Shown in pieces: positions 9,578 to 20,037 of a stretch of DNA of 64,000 nt. The notes beneath the pieces are model-generated. The model was given only the letters and a program-made list of their open reading frames with translations, ran no database searches and was not told where the DNA came from. A program made the position numbers and the translations under genes. The stretch spans positions 33,973 through 97,972 of the forward strand of contig JAHITY010000124.1 in NCBI GenBank assembly GCA_018817165.1, in the 5' to 3' direction. Origin of the DNA: Candidatus Omnitrophota bacterium (GTDB taxonomy: Bacteria; Omnitrophota; Gorgyraeia; B26-G9). The number at the start of each line of letters is the position of its first letter. The first letter of the stretch is position 1.

Positions 9578-10676
9578 AATCAAAGTATTATTTTTAACTC
9601 AAACCCGTCAAATCGGTCCGGCCAGTCGATACCGGGTTTATCAGTACATTGATTATCTGAGAGTCAATGGTATTGAATGCACACTCAGTCCTGCATTGCC
9701 GCAATCTTGTTATAAATTTTTTTATCAGAATAGTAATATCTTAAAAAAGATTTTATTATTGCCATTGATTGTTATCAAACGTATATATGATCTATCGAGA
9801 GTTAAAAAATATGACATTGTGTTTATCCAAAGAGAGATCTTGCCGCAAATTTTTCCTTTATTTGAGATTCTGATCTCTCGAATTCATAAAAATATTATAT
9901 TTGATTTTGATGACGCGATATTTTTGATTCCGCCGCAAAGAAATAAACTGTTTTATTTCTTAAAAGATAAGCAGGCAATTCCGCGAATAATTAGTTTGAG
10001 CCGTCAGGTAATTGTCGGTAATGATTATTTGAAAGAATATGCTTTGCAGTTTAATAAACAGGTAGAATTAATTCCTACGGCAGTGGATACTCAAGTATGG
10101 ATAAAAAATGTTAAATCTTTAAATCAATCTGATCGGCAGGCACTTCTGGGAAAGGAAAAAATTATAATCGGCTGGATTGGGACCAGACATAATCTTTTTT
10201 ATCTGGAGATGCTTGCGCCGGTATTTAAACAGCTTGCGCAAAAACAGGCTATTTGTCTGCATATAATCAGTGATGCTGTTTTTAAAAGCAAAGACAAATA
10301 TTTGGATATCCTGAATATTGCCTGGGATATGAATAGCGAAGTAGCGCAAGTCCAGAAATTTGATATTGCGATCGCGCCTTTGGCGGATGATGCTTGGGGC
10401 AGGGGGAAATGCGGATTAAAAGCTTTGCAATATATGGCCTGTTCTATCCCCACTGTTTGTTCCGCTGTTGGTGTATATAATCAGATTATTGAAGATGGGA
10501 ATAATGGTTTTCTCGCTAAAAATCAAACTGAATGGTTAGTGAAACTAACATTGCTGATAAATGATCAAAAACTTAGGCAGAATATGGGAGCGGCGGGAAG
10601 AAAGACAGTAGAAAATAATTATTCTTTTGAGATTAATAAAATAAAACTTAAAAATATAATTACACAGATCAAATAA
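9567..10676 (+). CDS. Glycosyltransferase family 4
   Basis: ASRYRV, FDFDDAIF, IGWIG, GKCGLKALQYMA. Confidence 0.9.
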   Translation: MGNKIKVLFLTQTRQIGPASRYRVYQYIDYLRVNGIECTLSPALPQSCYKFFYQNSNILKKILLLPLIVIKRIYDLSRVKKYDIVFIQREILPQIFPLFEILISRIHKNIIFDFDDAIFLIPPQRNKLFYFLKDKQAIPRIISLSRQVIVGNDYLKEYALQFNKQVELIPTAVDTQVWIKNVKSLNQSDRQALLGKEKIIIGWIGTRHNLFYLEMLAPVFKQLAQKQAICLHIISDAVFKSKDKYLDILNIAWDMNSEVAQVQKFDIAIAPLADDAWGRGKCGLKALQYMACSIPTVCSAVGVYNQIIEDGNNGFLAKNQTEWLVKLTLLINDQKLRQNMGAAGRKTVENNYSFEINKIKLKNIITQIK

Positions 10677-10705
10677 TAAATAGTAAACCTAGATAAAGGT
10701 AAACA

Positions 10706-12586
10706 ATGTGCGGGATATGCGGAGTTCTTAATTATAAAGGCCAAAAAATTGATGAGAATTTGATTAAGGCGATGTCTGATAAACTGGAGCATCGCGGTCC
10801 AGATTCTTTTGGCAAATATATCGATCAAAAAATCGGCTTAGGGCACAGACGGCTTTCAATTATAGATCTAAAGAGCGGACAACAACCGATTAGTAATGAA
10901 GATAAAACAATATGGCTGATTGTAAATGGGGAAATATATAATTATCGAGAATTGCGGGATCTGCTGGAAAAGCAAGGCCATGTTTTTTCTACAAATTCTG
11001 ATTCAGAAGTTATCGTTCATCTTTATGAGCAGTATCAGGAGCAGGCTTTAGATTACTTAAGAGGAATGTTTGCTTTTGCGCTTTGGGATAAAAAGAAAAA
11101 TAAATTATTTATTGCCCGTGATCGTATGGGGCAAAAACCTTTAGTTTACTGGCATGACGATAAGCAGTTTGTTTTTGCTTCAGAGTTAAGGTCACTTTTA
11201 ATTTGTCCATGGATAAAAAGGGAAATTGATCCTGAAGCGCTAAATCTTTATTTAAGTTTTCTTTATGTTCCGGCGCCAAAAACAATGTTTAAAAACATTA
11301 AAAAATTATTGCCGGCACATTATTTAGTGGTAGAAAACGGAAAGCTGGAAATTAAAAAATATTGGAGTTTGCAGCCTCGGGTTGACCGGCGGAAAAGCCT
11401 GAAAGATTACAAACAGGGAATTATTGAGCAGCTTGATCAAGCTGTTAAATTACGCTTAGCCAGTGATGTTCCCTTGGGAGTTTTTTTAAGTGGCGGCATA
11501 GATTCCAGCGCGATTGTCAGCCGGATGAGTAAATACAGCTCAAATATCAAAACATTTTCCGTGGGTTTTGAAAATAAACTGTATAATGAACTGGGATATG
11601 CTCGGATAATCGCAAAAAAATTCTCTACAGAACATCATGAGTTGATCATCAAACCAAAAGCAATTGAAATCATGCCAAAATTAATCAGCCATTACGGCGA
11701 ACCTTATGCTGATTATTCGTGCATTCCGACTTACTATATCGCTAAATTTGCCGCTAATCATATAAAAGTTGCTTTGTGCGGTGATGGCGGAGATGAGTCT
11801 TTTAATGGCTATTATCGCTATACAGCAACTAAGGTTGCTCAAGCTTTTGATTGTTTACCGCGCTTTTTGTGTAAACTGATTTCCCGCACGGCAATCGGAT
11901 TGCTTCCTGATGGGAATGATATCCGGAGCAAGTCATGGCAGATAAAAAGGTTTTTTAGCGGACTGGAATATCCCCCGGTGCAACGTTATCTTAATTGGAT
12001 TGCTTGTTTTAATCAGCAACAGAAAAAATATCTTTTAAATTCTGATTTTTTCTCAGAATTAAATATAAATACTGATTTGGAGTATTTACAAAATGCCTAT
12101 TTACAAATACAATCTAATGATTTTAGTGATGCTACCAGACAAGTAGATATAGATACATACTTACCCAATGATCTATTAGTTAAAATGGATATAGCTTCAA
12201 TGGCTAATTCTTTAGAAGCTCGCGCTCCATTTTTGGATCATAAATTTATGGAATATGCTAGCCAAATACCCCATGATTTAAAATTACATAATCTCCAAAA
12301 TAAATTTATTTTAAAAAAAGCGCTGGCTGATTCTTTACCAAAAGATATTATTAATCGAAAAAAACAGGGCTTTGCCATTCCGATAGGCCAATGGTTTCGC
12401 CATGAACTAAAAGATTACGCGTATGATCAATTGCTGGATAAGGCTTGTATTGATCGAGGCTATTTTAAGCAAAATTACCTTAAGCAGATTCTAGACGAAC
12501 ACATTGCCGGAAAAACAGATAATGGCTATAAATTGTATACATTATTAATGTTTGAACTTTGGGCCAAAGAATTTATTGACGGATAG
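10706..12586 (+). CDS. asnB: Asparagine synthase (glutamine-hydrolysing)-type amidotransferase
   Basis: MCGICG, HRGPD, LSGGIDSS, GDGGDE, SLEARAPFLD. Confidence 0.93.
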   Translation: MCGICGVLNYKGQKIDENLIKAMSDKLEHRGPDSFGKYIDQKIGLGHRRLSIIDLKSGQQPISNEDKTIWLIVNGEIYNYRELRDLLEKQGHVFSTNSDSEVIVHLYEQYQEQALDYLRGMFAFALWDKKKNKLFIARDRMGQKPLVYWHDDKQFVFASELRSLLICPWIKREIDPEALNLYLSFLYVPAPKTMFKNIKKLLPAHYLVVENGKLEIKKYWSLQPRVDRRKSLKDYKQGIIEQLDQAVKLRLASDVPLGVFLSGGIDSSAIVSRMSKYSSNIKTFSVGFENKLYNELGYARIIAKKFSTEHHELIIKPKAIEIMPKLISHYGEPYADYSCIPTYYIAKFAANHIKVALCGDGGDESFNGYYRYTATKVAQAFDCLPRFLCKLISRTAIGLLPDGNDIRSKSWQIKRFFSGLEYPPVQRYLNWIACFNQQQKKYLLNSDFFSELNINTDLEYLQNAYLQIQSNDFSDATRQVDIDTYLPNDLLVKMDIASMANSLEARAPFLDHKFMEYASQIPHDLKLHNLQNKFILKKALADSLPKDIINRKKQGFAIPIGQWFRHELKDYAYDQLLDKACIDRGYFKQNYLKQILDEHIAGKTDNGYKLYTLLMFELWAKEFIDG

Positions 12587-12611
12587 TTTATTAATTTACT
12601 GTAGAGTTGTA

Positions 12612-12640
12612 TTGACAAGCTTAACTGTATATGTTAACCT
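12612..12640 (+). promoter_or_regulatory. Sigma70 promoter TTGACA-17-TAACCT (TG-extended) for the pilT-pilB-pilSR-pilC operon
   Basis: Perfect -35, 17-nt spacer. Confidence 0.6.
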
Positions 12641-12747
12641 GTTTCTAAGTCTAACAAAAGTCTCAACTGTAAATAGAGTCAAGGTTTATCAATACTTAAG
12701 GATAAGTATACTTAGCTAATAGCTTAATGTGACCAAAGGAGGGGCAA

Positions 12748-13350
12748 ATGGCGCTCAAAGAGTTTTTTGTGCGTAGAAAATTTTTAATTCAAAAAGAGTT
12801 TCAATTAAAGTTTGTCGGTTTTTTAATTCTGGTAATCCTGGCAATTTCTGCTTTGGTTGTATTGACAGTTAATTTGTCAATTTGGGCTGCAGTGGAAAAA
12901 GGCGTAAGCTCTCAAGTTCAAATAGTTATTGATCAGATTCTGCATAATATGAACGTTCTGTTTATGTTTGAAATCCCAATTGTTCTGCTCATTTCAATTT
13001 TTGCCGCGATTATTTTTTCTCACAAAATAGCTGGCCCGGTTTATCGTTTACAACAGGCAGCAATTCAGGTTGTCCGGGGTGATTTGACCAGCAATGTGCA
13101 TTTGCGCAGAGATGATGAATTGAAAAATCTTTCCTCAGCATTCAACTCCGTTGTCGATAATATGCATTTGTTGGTTGCTAAAGACCGCAAGTTGATTACG
13201 GCTCTTTCGGCAATAACGGATACCTTATATACTAATCTTAAAGATAAGAAGATCAGTCAGGATGAAGCGCTGGTTTTAATTCGTAAATTAAATGATCTGG
13301 TTGGCGAGCTTAGGACTTTGATTATGCAGTATAAGATAGAAAAGAGTTAA
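12748..13350 (+). CDS. Two-TM HAMP-domain protein with no output domain
   Basis: RRKFLIQKEFQ start, SHKIAGPVYR, HLRRDDELKNL. Confidence 0.8.
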   Translation: MALKEFFVRRKFLIQKEFQLKFVGFLILVILAISALVVLTVNLSIWAAVEKGVSSQVQIVIDQILHNMNVLFMFEIPIVLLISIFAAIIFSHKIAGPVYRLQQAAIQVVRGDLTSNVHLRRDDELKNLSSAFNSVVDNMHLLVAKDRKLITALSAITDTLYTNLKDKKISQDEALVLIRKLNDLVGELRTLIMQYKIEKS

Positions 13351-13354
13351 GAGT

Positions 13355-14401
13355 ATGGAAATTCTTGAACTTATTCGTATGTCAATTGAAAAAAACGCGT
13401 CAGATCTGCATCTTACAGTAGGATTGCCTCCGATGTTGCGGATACATGGCAGATTAATGTCAACAGAAACTGATCCATTGACAGCCAACGATGTTGAACA
13501 ACTTGTTAATAAAATGATGACCGATGAACATCGAGAAAAGCTGGAGGACGGAAGAAGCATTGATTTCACCTACAGCTATATTGCTCGGTTCAGAGTTAAT
13601 GTTTTTTATGAAAAAGGTTATTTGGCCGCGGCGCTGCGATTTATTCCTTTTGAAATCCCTTCATTAGAAAAACTGGGCGTTCCCTTGATAGTTGCTGAAT
13701 TAGCGCGAAAACAAAGGGGTTTGATTCTAGTTACCGGGCCAACCGGCTCAGGAAAATCAACAACCCTTGCGGCAATGATTGATTTAGTTAATAGAGAACA
13801 AGCCTGTCATATTATAACTATTGAGGATCCGATTGAGTATTTACATCCTCATAAAAAAAGCATTGTTAATCAAAGAGAAGTTTATTCTGATACACCTTCA
13901 TGTTCTTTGGCTTTGCGGGATGCTTTGCGTGAAGATCCTGATGTGATTCTTGTTGGTGAAATGCGTGATCTGGAAACAATTTCAACCGCGATCACTGCCG
14001 CGGAAACCGGACATCTGGTTTTTGCTACTTTGCATACAAATGATGCGGTACAAACCATTGATCGAATTATTGATGTTTTTCCTGAAGGACAACAGTCGCA
14101 GATTCGTTTGCAGACTTCTTTGGCTTTGCAAGGTGTTATCTCTCAGAGATTAATTCCGACTGCTGATGGAAAAGGACGGGTGGCCGCGATTGAAGCCATG
14201 AGTGTAACTCCGGCCGTGGCTAATCTTATCAGGGAAAAGAAAACACATCAGATTTATTCAATGATTGAAACCGGGGCTAAAGATGGAATGCTGAGTATGA
14301 ATCAGTCATTGGCTGATTTGTGTAAAGCTCGCTTAATTAGAATCGGAGACGCGATCACATATTCGAATAAACCTGAACTTTTAAAAAGGATGCTACTATA
14401 A
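13355..14401 (+). CDS. pilT: Type IV pilus retraction ATPase PilT
   Basis: ASDLHL, GPTGSGKS, TIEDPIE, LREDPD, AVANLIRE. Confidence 0.95.
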   Translation: MEILELIRMSIEKNASDLHLTVGLPPMLRIHGRLMSTETDPLTANDVEQLVNKMMTDEHREKLEDGRSIDFTYSYIARFRVNVFYEKGYLAAALRFIPFEIPSLEKLGVPLIVAELARKQRGLILVTGPTGSGKSTTLAAMIDLVNREQACHIITIEDPIEYLHPHKKSIVNQREVYSDTPSCSLALRDALREDPDVILVGEMRDLETISTAITAAETGHLVFATLHTNDAVQTIDRIIDVFPEGQQSQIRLQTSLALQGVISQRLIPTADGKGRVAAIEAMSVTPAVANLIREKKTHQIYSMIETGAKDGMLSMNQSLADLCKARLIRIGDAITYSNKPELLKRMLL

Positions 14402-14403
14402 TT

Positions 14404-15489
14404 ATGGAATTAAAAGAACTTTTACAGTTAACTACACAGCGTAATGCTTCTGATCTGCATATTGTCTGTGGTGTTCCTCCTGTATTGCGGATAAATGGAG
14501 ACCTTACTATTTTAGAACAAGCTGGCAAAATTATGCCTCAGATTTCTAAAGATTATGCTTATCAAATGCTTAATCAAGATCAAATAAATGAATTTGAGAA
14601 AGATAATGATCTTGATTTTTCTTACGGGATTGCTGGGATTGGACGTTTTCGGGTTAATCTGCATATGCAGCGCGGCAGTATTGGAATTGCTTTTCGCCGG
14701 CTGGCTTTGGAAATTAAAAATGCTGAAGAACTAGGTTTACCGCCTATTGTTAATGAATTTGCTATGCTGGAAAAAGGCTTAGTTTTGGTTACTGGAGCAG
14801 CTGGATCAGGTAAATCTACGACAATTGCCGCAATGATTGATTTGATTAATACCCGAAGAAAAGCGCATATTATAACCATCGAAGATCCGATTGAATATTT
14901 ATATTCTCATAAAACCAGCATTATTGAGCAAAGAGAAGTATCAACTGATACTAAGTCATTTGGCAGCGCTTTGAAATATGTATTAAGGCAGGATCCTAAT
15001 GTTATTTTAGTTGGTGAACTTCGCGATCTAGAAACGATTTCTCATGCGATTACCGCTGCGGAAACCGGGCATTTGGTCTTAGCCACATTGCATACTACTG
15101 ATGCCGTTCAGACAGTAGACAGACTAATCGATGTTTTTCCGCCTTATCAGCAGCAGCAAGTGCGGATTCAGGTTTCTTTGGCTTTGCAGGGGGTTATATG
15201 CCAGCAATTGATTATTAGCAAAGATAAACAAAGACGGATTCCGATTATTGAGACAATGGTGGTTACTCCGGCGATTAGAAATCTTATTCGCGATGCTAAA
15301 ACTTTTCAGATTTATTCGTCCTTAGAAACTGGTTTAAAACTGGGGATGCAGAGTGTGGATATGGCCTTGGCTGAGGTTGTGCATAATGATTTAGTTAATG
15401 AAGAAGATGCTTTTATTAAAGCGCGTGATCCGGAAGGCTTAAAGCGGCGCATAATAAAATTAAAGGAGGCTTCTGCCCATGGCAGCTGA
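14404..15489 (+). CDS. pilT: Second PilT/PilU-family retraction ATPase
   Basis: GAAGSGKS, LRQDPN, AIRNLIRD. Confidence 0.9.
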   Translation: MELKELLQLTTQRNASDLHIVCGVPPVLRINGDLTILEQAGKIMPQISKDYAYQMLNQDQINEFEKDNDLDFSYGIAGIGRFRVNLHMQRGSIGIAFRRLALEIKNAEELGLPPIVNEFAMLEKGLVLVTGAAGSGKSTTIAAMIDLINTRRKAHIITIEDPIEYLYSHKTSIIEQREVSTDTKSFGSALKYVLRQDPNVILVGELRDLETISHAITAAETGHLVLATLHTTDAVQTVDRLIDVFPPYQQQQVRIQVSLALQGVICQQLIISKDKQRRIPIIETMVVTPAIRNLIRDAKTFQIYSSLETGLKLGMQSVDMALAEVVHNDLVNEEDAFIKARDPEGLKRRIIKLKEASAHGS

Positions 15490-17182
15490 TAAAGTAAGAA
15501 AAAAGCTGCTGGGGGAATATCTGGTTGAGCAAGGCCTGGTTTCCGAAGAGCAGATACAGCGGGCTTTGGAAGAACAAAAAAAAGCTGGCTCGCGTTTAGG
15601 TCAGACTTTGATTGATCTTGGTTTTCTTAGTGAAGAGCAAATGATCATTGCTTTAGCCCGTCAGCTTGACCTTGCTCATATTGATATTTTAAGTTACAAT
15701 TTGAAGCCGGATGTAGTTAATCTTATTCCGGAAAAAATCGCCCGCAGATATGAATTGATTGCCATTGATAAAATGGGGGATAGTCTGACTATTGCCATGT
15801 CTGATCCGCTTAATGTTTTTGCGATCGATGAAGTTTCCCAGCTAACCCGCTCACGCATAGATCCAGTAATTTGCTCAAGAACTAAATTACTCAAAATATT
15901 TGATAAAGCATATAATTTAAATTTGAGCGATACAGCTGAACCCGAGAGTATTGTTTCTACTGATAAATATACGCGGCATCAATCTGAAGACAAAGAAGTT
16001 CCAGCATTGGGCGGAGCGGAAATAATTGATCTGGTTAATGAAATTCTTCAATTATCTGTTCAAGCCAGAGCAACAGATATTCATATCGAGCCGGATGAAC
16101 AAGAAGTAAGGATCCGCTGTCGGATAGACGGATTTCTTATGGAACTTAAAACATATCCGAAGGAAGTTCAATTACCGATTATTTCCCGGATAAAAGTTGT
16201 ATCTGGTTTGGATATTTCCGAAAAAAGAATTCCTCAGGATGGAAGGTTTAAATTCCTGTTTGAAGGTCGAGAAATTGATTTGCGGGTTTCTACTTTGCCC
16301 ACGGTTTTAGGGGAGAAGATAGTTTTGCGTGTTTTGGATCAAGCTATGGTAGTTGTTGATATGGATAAACTGGGGTTTTTGCCGGAAAATCTTGCTCAGC
16401 TGCAGGATTTAATTCATCGGCCTTATGGTATGCTTTTAGTGACTGGCCCGACATCCAGCGGAAAAACCACAACCTTATATTCAGCTTTAAATACAATAAA
16501 TACAATTGAAAAAAATATTCTTACTGTCGAAGATCCGGTTGAATACAGACTTAAGATGATCAATCAGGTCCAGATAAATCCGCGAGCCGGATTAACTTTT
16601 GCCGCGGGTTTGCGCAGTTTTTTGCGTCAGGATCCCAATGTAATTATGATTGGAGAAATTCGTGATATGGAAACAGCGGAAATCGCGATTCAATCGGCAT
16701 TGACCGGACATTTAGTTTTAAGCACAATTCACACCAATAATGCTCCCTCAACCATAACTCGGTTGATTGATATGAAAATTGACGCGTTCCTGGTTGCCTC
16801 AGCTGTAACCGGAATCCTTGCCCAGCGTTTGATTCGAACTATTTGTCCTGGCTGTAAACAGCCGTTTACTCCGGATGCGGATGTTTTGCATGGTTTGAAT
16901 TTGGAACCCAAGGCTGAGGGTTATACTTTTTATAAAGGCGCGGGATGTGATCTCTGCGGCGGAACTGGGTATAAAGGCAGAATCGGGATTTATGAGATGA
17001 TGATTGTTAATAATGCGATCAGAGAATTAATTCTTAGACATGCTTCTACCGCAGAGTTAACCGAAGAAGCAAAAAAACACGGTATGAAGACTTTAAGAGA
17101 AGATGGTTTTCAAAAAGTATTAAACGGAGTTACAACTGTCGAAGAAGTTTTGCGGGCAACTGCTGAAGAAGCAAAAGGATAG
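15479..17182 (+). CDS. pilB: Type IV pilus assembly ATPase PilB with N-terminal MshEN domain
   Basis: LLGEYLVEQG / RLGQTLIDLG repeats, GPTSSGKTT, CPGC..CDLC Zn site. Confidence 0.93.
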   Translation: MAADKVRKKLLGEYLVEQGLVSEEQIQRALEEQKKAGSRLGQTLIDLGFLSEEQMIIALARQLDLAHIDILSYNLKPDVVNLIPEKIARRYELIAIDKMGDSLTIAMSDPLNVFAIDEVSQLTRSRIDPVICSRTKLLKIFDKAYNLNLSDTAEPESIVSTDKYTRHQSEDKEVPALGGAEIIDLVNEILQLSVQARATDIHIEPDEQEVRIRCRIDGFLMELKTYPKEVQLPIISRIKVVSGLDISEKRIPQDGRFKFLFEGREIDLRVSTLPTVLGEKIVLRVLDQAMVVVDMDKLGFLPENLAQLQDLIHRPYGMLLVTGPTSSGKTTTLYSALNTINTIEKNILTVEDPVEYRLKMINQVQINPRAGLTFAAGLRSFLRQDPNVIMIGEIRDMETAEIAIQSALTGHLVLSTIHTNNAPSTITRLIDMKIDAFLVASAVTGILAQRLIRTICPGCKQPFTPDADVLHGLNLEPKAEGYTFYKGAGCDLCGGTGYKGRIGIYEMMIVNNAIRELILRHASTAELTEEAKKHGMKTLREDGFQKVLNGVTTVEEVLRATAEEAKG

Positions 17183-17191
17183 GATACGGAT

Positions 17192-18640
17192 ATGCTAAGA
17201 CCGAACTCACTCAAAAAACGAGTGAGAACAAATCTGATGATTGCCATTCCTCTGCTGATTGTTATTCTTGTTTTTGGCGCACAGATTTTCTCTTATTATA
17301 TTGTACAAGGTAATGTTAAAAATCTGGTTGATGATTCCCAAGATGTCGCTATTTTTAATAAAGTTATGTTTATTCTGGGCAAACAGATTTGGTTTTCTTC
17401 TATTGCCTCAGGCATCTTTGGAGTAATTTTGGCTTATGCTATTACCATCCCGATTAAAAAACTTACTTTCAATGCTCAACAGGTGGCAACGGGTGATTTA
17501 TCGAGAACTGTACAGGTTAATACTGAAGATGAGATCGGGGCTTTGGGCAAATCGTTCAATGCGATGGTCTCTTCCTTGAATGAACATATAATCGACAGTA
17601 TGACTGGTGGAGTTATAACGATTAATATGCGGGGAATGATTGCCACATTTAATCGTTCAGCTGAATTAATCTTAGGTTATGATTCAGAAGAAATTGTCGG
17701 TAAATCTGTGTTTGAAGTTTTTCCTTTGGACAGTAAAAATTCGGATTTAACTAAAATTATCAAAGATACACTTGAACAAAGACAAACTAGCTCATCGCGA
17801 GAAATAAATATTTATTCTTTGAATGGGAAAAAAATTCCCATAGGAATAACGACCTCTTTATTAAGAGATAAAAAAAATACTTTTTTGGGTATAGTGGTTA
17901 CCTTTAAAGATCTAGAGCATATTAAACATTTAGAAGAACAAATGCGCCGCGCTGACCGATTAGCGGCTGTGGGTAGTCTTGCTGCCGGAATAGCGCATGA
18001 GATCAGAAATCCTTTAGGCTCGATTAAAGGATTGGTTCAGCTACTGGCGGAAGATTTAAAGGCAGATGATCAGAAGATTTCCTACGCGGCAGTGATTGTC
18101 AAAGAAGTTGATCGTCTAAATAAAGTTGTCGAAGAACTTTTAAGTTTTGCTCGTCCGGATGATTCTGAGCTGGAAGTGAATTTTGTTGAATTAAATTTAA
18201 ATGAAGTTATTGATCAAACCTTGCTTTTAGCCTCACATGACAGTAAAAAAGAAAATATTAAAATCATTAAAGAGTATTCCGAGGATTTACCTTTAATCCC
18301 GGCGGATTCAAAAAAACTCCAACAGGCATTTCTAAATTTAATTATGAATGCTTTTTCCGCCATGGAAAATGAAGGAAACCTGACAATTAAAACTGAGTAT
18401 AAACCGGATACAAAAATAGCAAAAGTCATATTTGCTGACACGGGTTTGGGTATTAGCCCGAATAATCTAACAAAAATATTCGATCCGTTTTTTACCGCTA
18501 AGCAGGGTGGTACAGGATTGGGTTTAACCATAACCCATCAGATAATAGCAACACATAAGGGTAAGATAGATGTTGAAAGTAAAATTAATAAAGGCACGAA
18601 ATTTATTATTAGTTTTCCGGTTAAAATATTAAAAGGATAA
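17192..18640 (+). CDS. HAMP-PAS sensor histidine kinase (PilS/AtoS-like)
   Basis: AHEIRNPL H-box, NLIMNA, DTGLG, GTGLGL. Confidence 0.9.
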   Translation: MLRPNSLKKRVRTNLMIAIPLLIVILVFGAQIFSYYIVQGNVKNLVDDSQDVAIFNKVMFILGKQIWFSSIASGIFGVILAYAITIPIKKLTFNAQQVATGDLSRTVQVNTEDEIGALGKSFNAMVSSLNEHIIDSMTGGVITINMRGMIATFNRSAELILGYDSEEIVGKSVFEVFPLDSKNSDLTKIIKDTLEQRQTSSSREINIYSLNGKKIPIGITTSLLRDKKNTFLGIVVTFKDLEHIKHLEEQMRRADRLAAVGSLAAGIAHEIRNPLGSIKGLVQLLAEDLKADDQKISYAAVIVKEVDRLNKVVEELLSFARPDDSELEVNFVELNLNEVIDQTLLLASHDSKKENIKIIKEYSEDLPLIPADSKKLQQAFLNLIMNAFSAMENEGNLTIKTEYKPDTKIAKVIFADTGLGISPNNLTKIFDPFFTAKQGGTGLGLTITHQIIATHKGKIDVESKINKGTKFIISFPVKILKG

Positions 18641-18642
18641 GT

Positions 18643-20034
18643 ATGTCTGCAAAAATTTTAGTTGTTGATGACGATCAAAGTTTTCGTTTTTTACTTGAGG
18701 AAACTTTGAAGAAAGAGGGCTATGATATTGTTTCTGCCACTTCGGGAGAACAGGCCTTGGAGCTTTATCAGCCGGATAAATTTGATTTAATTACTTTGGA
18801 TGTTAAGATGCCGGGGATTGATGGTTTTGAAGTGCTTTCGCGGATCAAACAAATAAGCCCTGATCAACAAATTGTTATTATTACTGCTTATGGGGCTCAA
18901 AAAATCGCGATTGAGGCGGTAAAAAAAGGTGCCTATGATTATTTTACCAAGCCTTTTGATATTGATGAATTACGGCTAATTATTAGCCGATCATTAGAGT
19001 GTTCAAGACTTAATCAAGAAAATAAACAGCTAAAAGATGAATTGCATAAACGCTATGATTTTGATGAGATAATCGGTAGTAGCGGTAAAATGCTGGAAGT
19101 TTTTGAGATAATGAAGAAAGTGGTAAATAGCGAAGTAACTGTTTTAATCCAAGGAGAAAGCGGCACAGGCAAAGAACTGGCTGCCCGGGCAATTCATTTT
19201 AACAGCGCTCGAAAAGATAAACCTTTTGTCAAAATAAACTGCGCGGCAATTCCTGATGGTCTTTTAGAAAGTGAATTATTTGGCCATGAAAAAGGCGCGT
19301 TTACCGATGCCTCAGCTAAGAAGATCGGTAGATTTGAAGCGGCAAATACCGGAACAATTTTTCTTGATGAGATCGGTGATATGAGTTTATCAACCCAGGC
19401 TAAAGTATTAAGAGCTTTGCAGGAAAAAGAATTTGAAAGAGTAGGGTCGACCTTGCCGATTAAAGTTGATGTGCGGATTATTGCCGCGACAAATAAGGAC
19501 TTATTTCGAGGGGTCAAGGAAGGTGAATTTAGAGAAGATCTTTATTATCGGATCAATGTGGTTAATCTTCAATTGCCGGCACTGCGGCAGAGGCGCGAGG
19601 ATGTACCTTTATTGTTTGAATATTTTATGCATAAATTTAATCAGGAATTAAATAAAGCGATCAAGCATATTTCTCTGGAAGCAATGGAGCTTTTGATGAA
19701 ATATTCATGGCCGGGGAACATTCGTGAATTGGAGAATGTTCTGCAGCGGGCGATAGTTTTAGCGGAAAAAGATATAATTACTAAACATGATCTGCCGTTT
19801 TATATTCAGTGTCTGGATAATGAAATTAAGATTGCGACAGAATCAGTTGATTTCTCTAAGTCATTGATTGATACTGTAAAAGATATTGTTGATGATGTGG
19901 AAAAACAAATAATTATCAAAGCTTTGAAAAAAACTAATTGGAATCGAACAGAGGCTTCTCGGCTTTTAAAAATAAGCCGAAAAAGTCTTTTTAATAAAAT
20001 GAAAAGATCCAATTTGTTGGAAGAAGAGGATTAA
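18643..20034 (+). CDS. Sigma-54-dependent response regulator (PilR/NtrC-like)
   Basis: REC domain, GESGTGKE, GAFTDA, WPGNIREL, Fis-type HTH. Confidence 0.93.
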   Translation: MSAKILVVDDDQSFRFLLEETLKKEGYDIVSATSGEQALELYQPDKFDLITLDVKMPGIDGFEVLSRIKQISPDQQIVIITAYGAQKIAIEAVKKGAYDYFTKPFDIDELRLIISRSLECSRLNQENKQLKDELHKRYDFDEIIGSSGKMLEVFEIMKKVVNSEVTVLIQGESGTGKELAARAIHFNSARKDKPFVKINCAAIPDGLLESELFGHEKGAFTDASAKKIGRFEAANTGTIFLDEIGDMSLSTQAKVLRALQEKEFERVGSTLPIKVDVRIIAATNKDLFRGVKEGEFREDLYYRINVVNLQLPALRQRREDVPLLFEYFMHKFNQELNKAIKHISLEAMELLMKYSWPGNIRELENVLQRAIVLAEKDIITKHDLPFYIQCLDNEIKIATESVDFSKSLIDTVKDIVDDVEKQIIIKALKKTNWNRTEASRLLKISRKSLFNKMKRSNLLEEED

Positions 20035-20037
20035 ATA

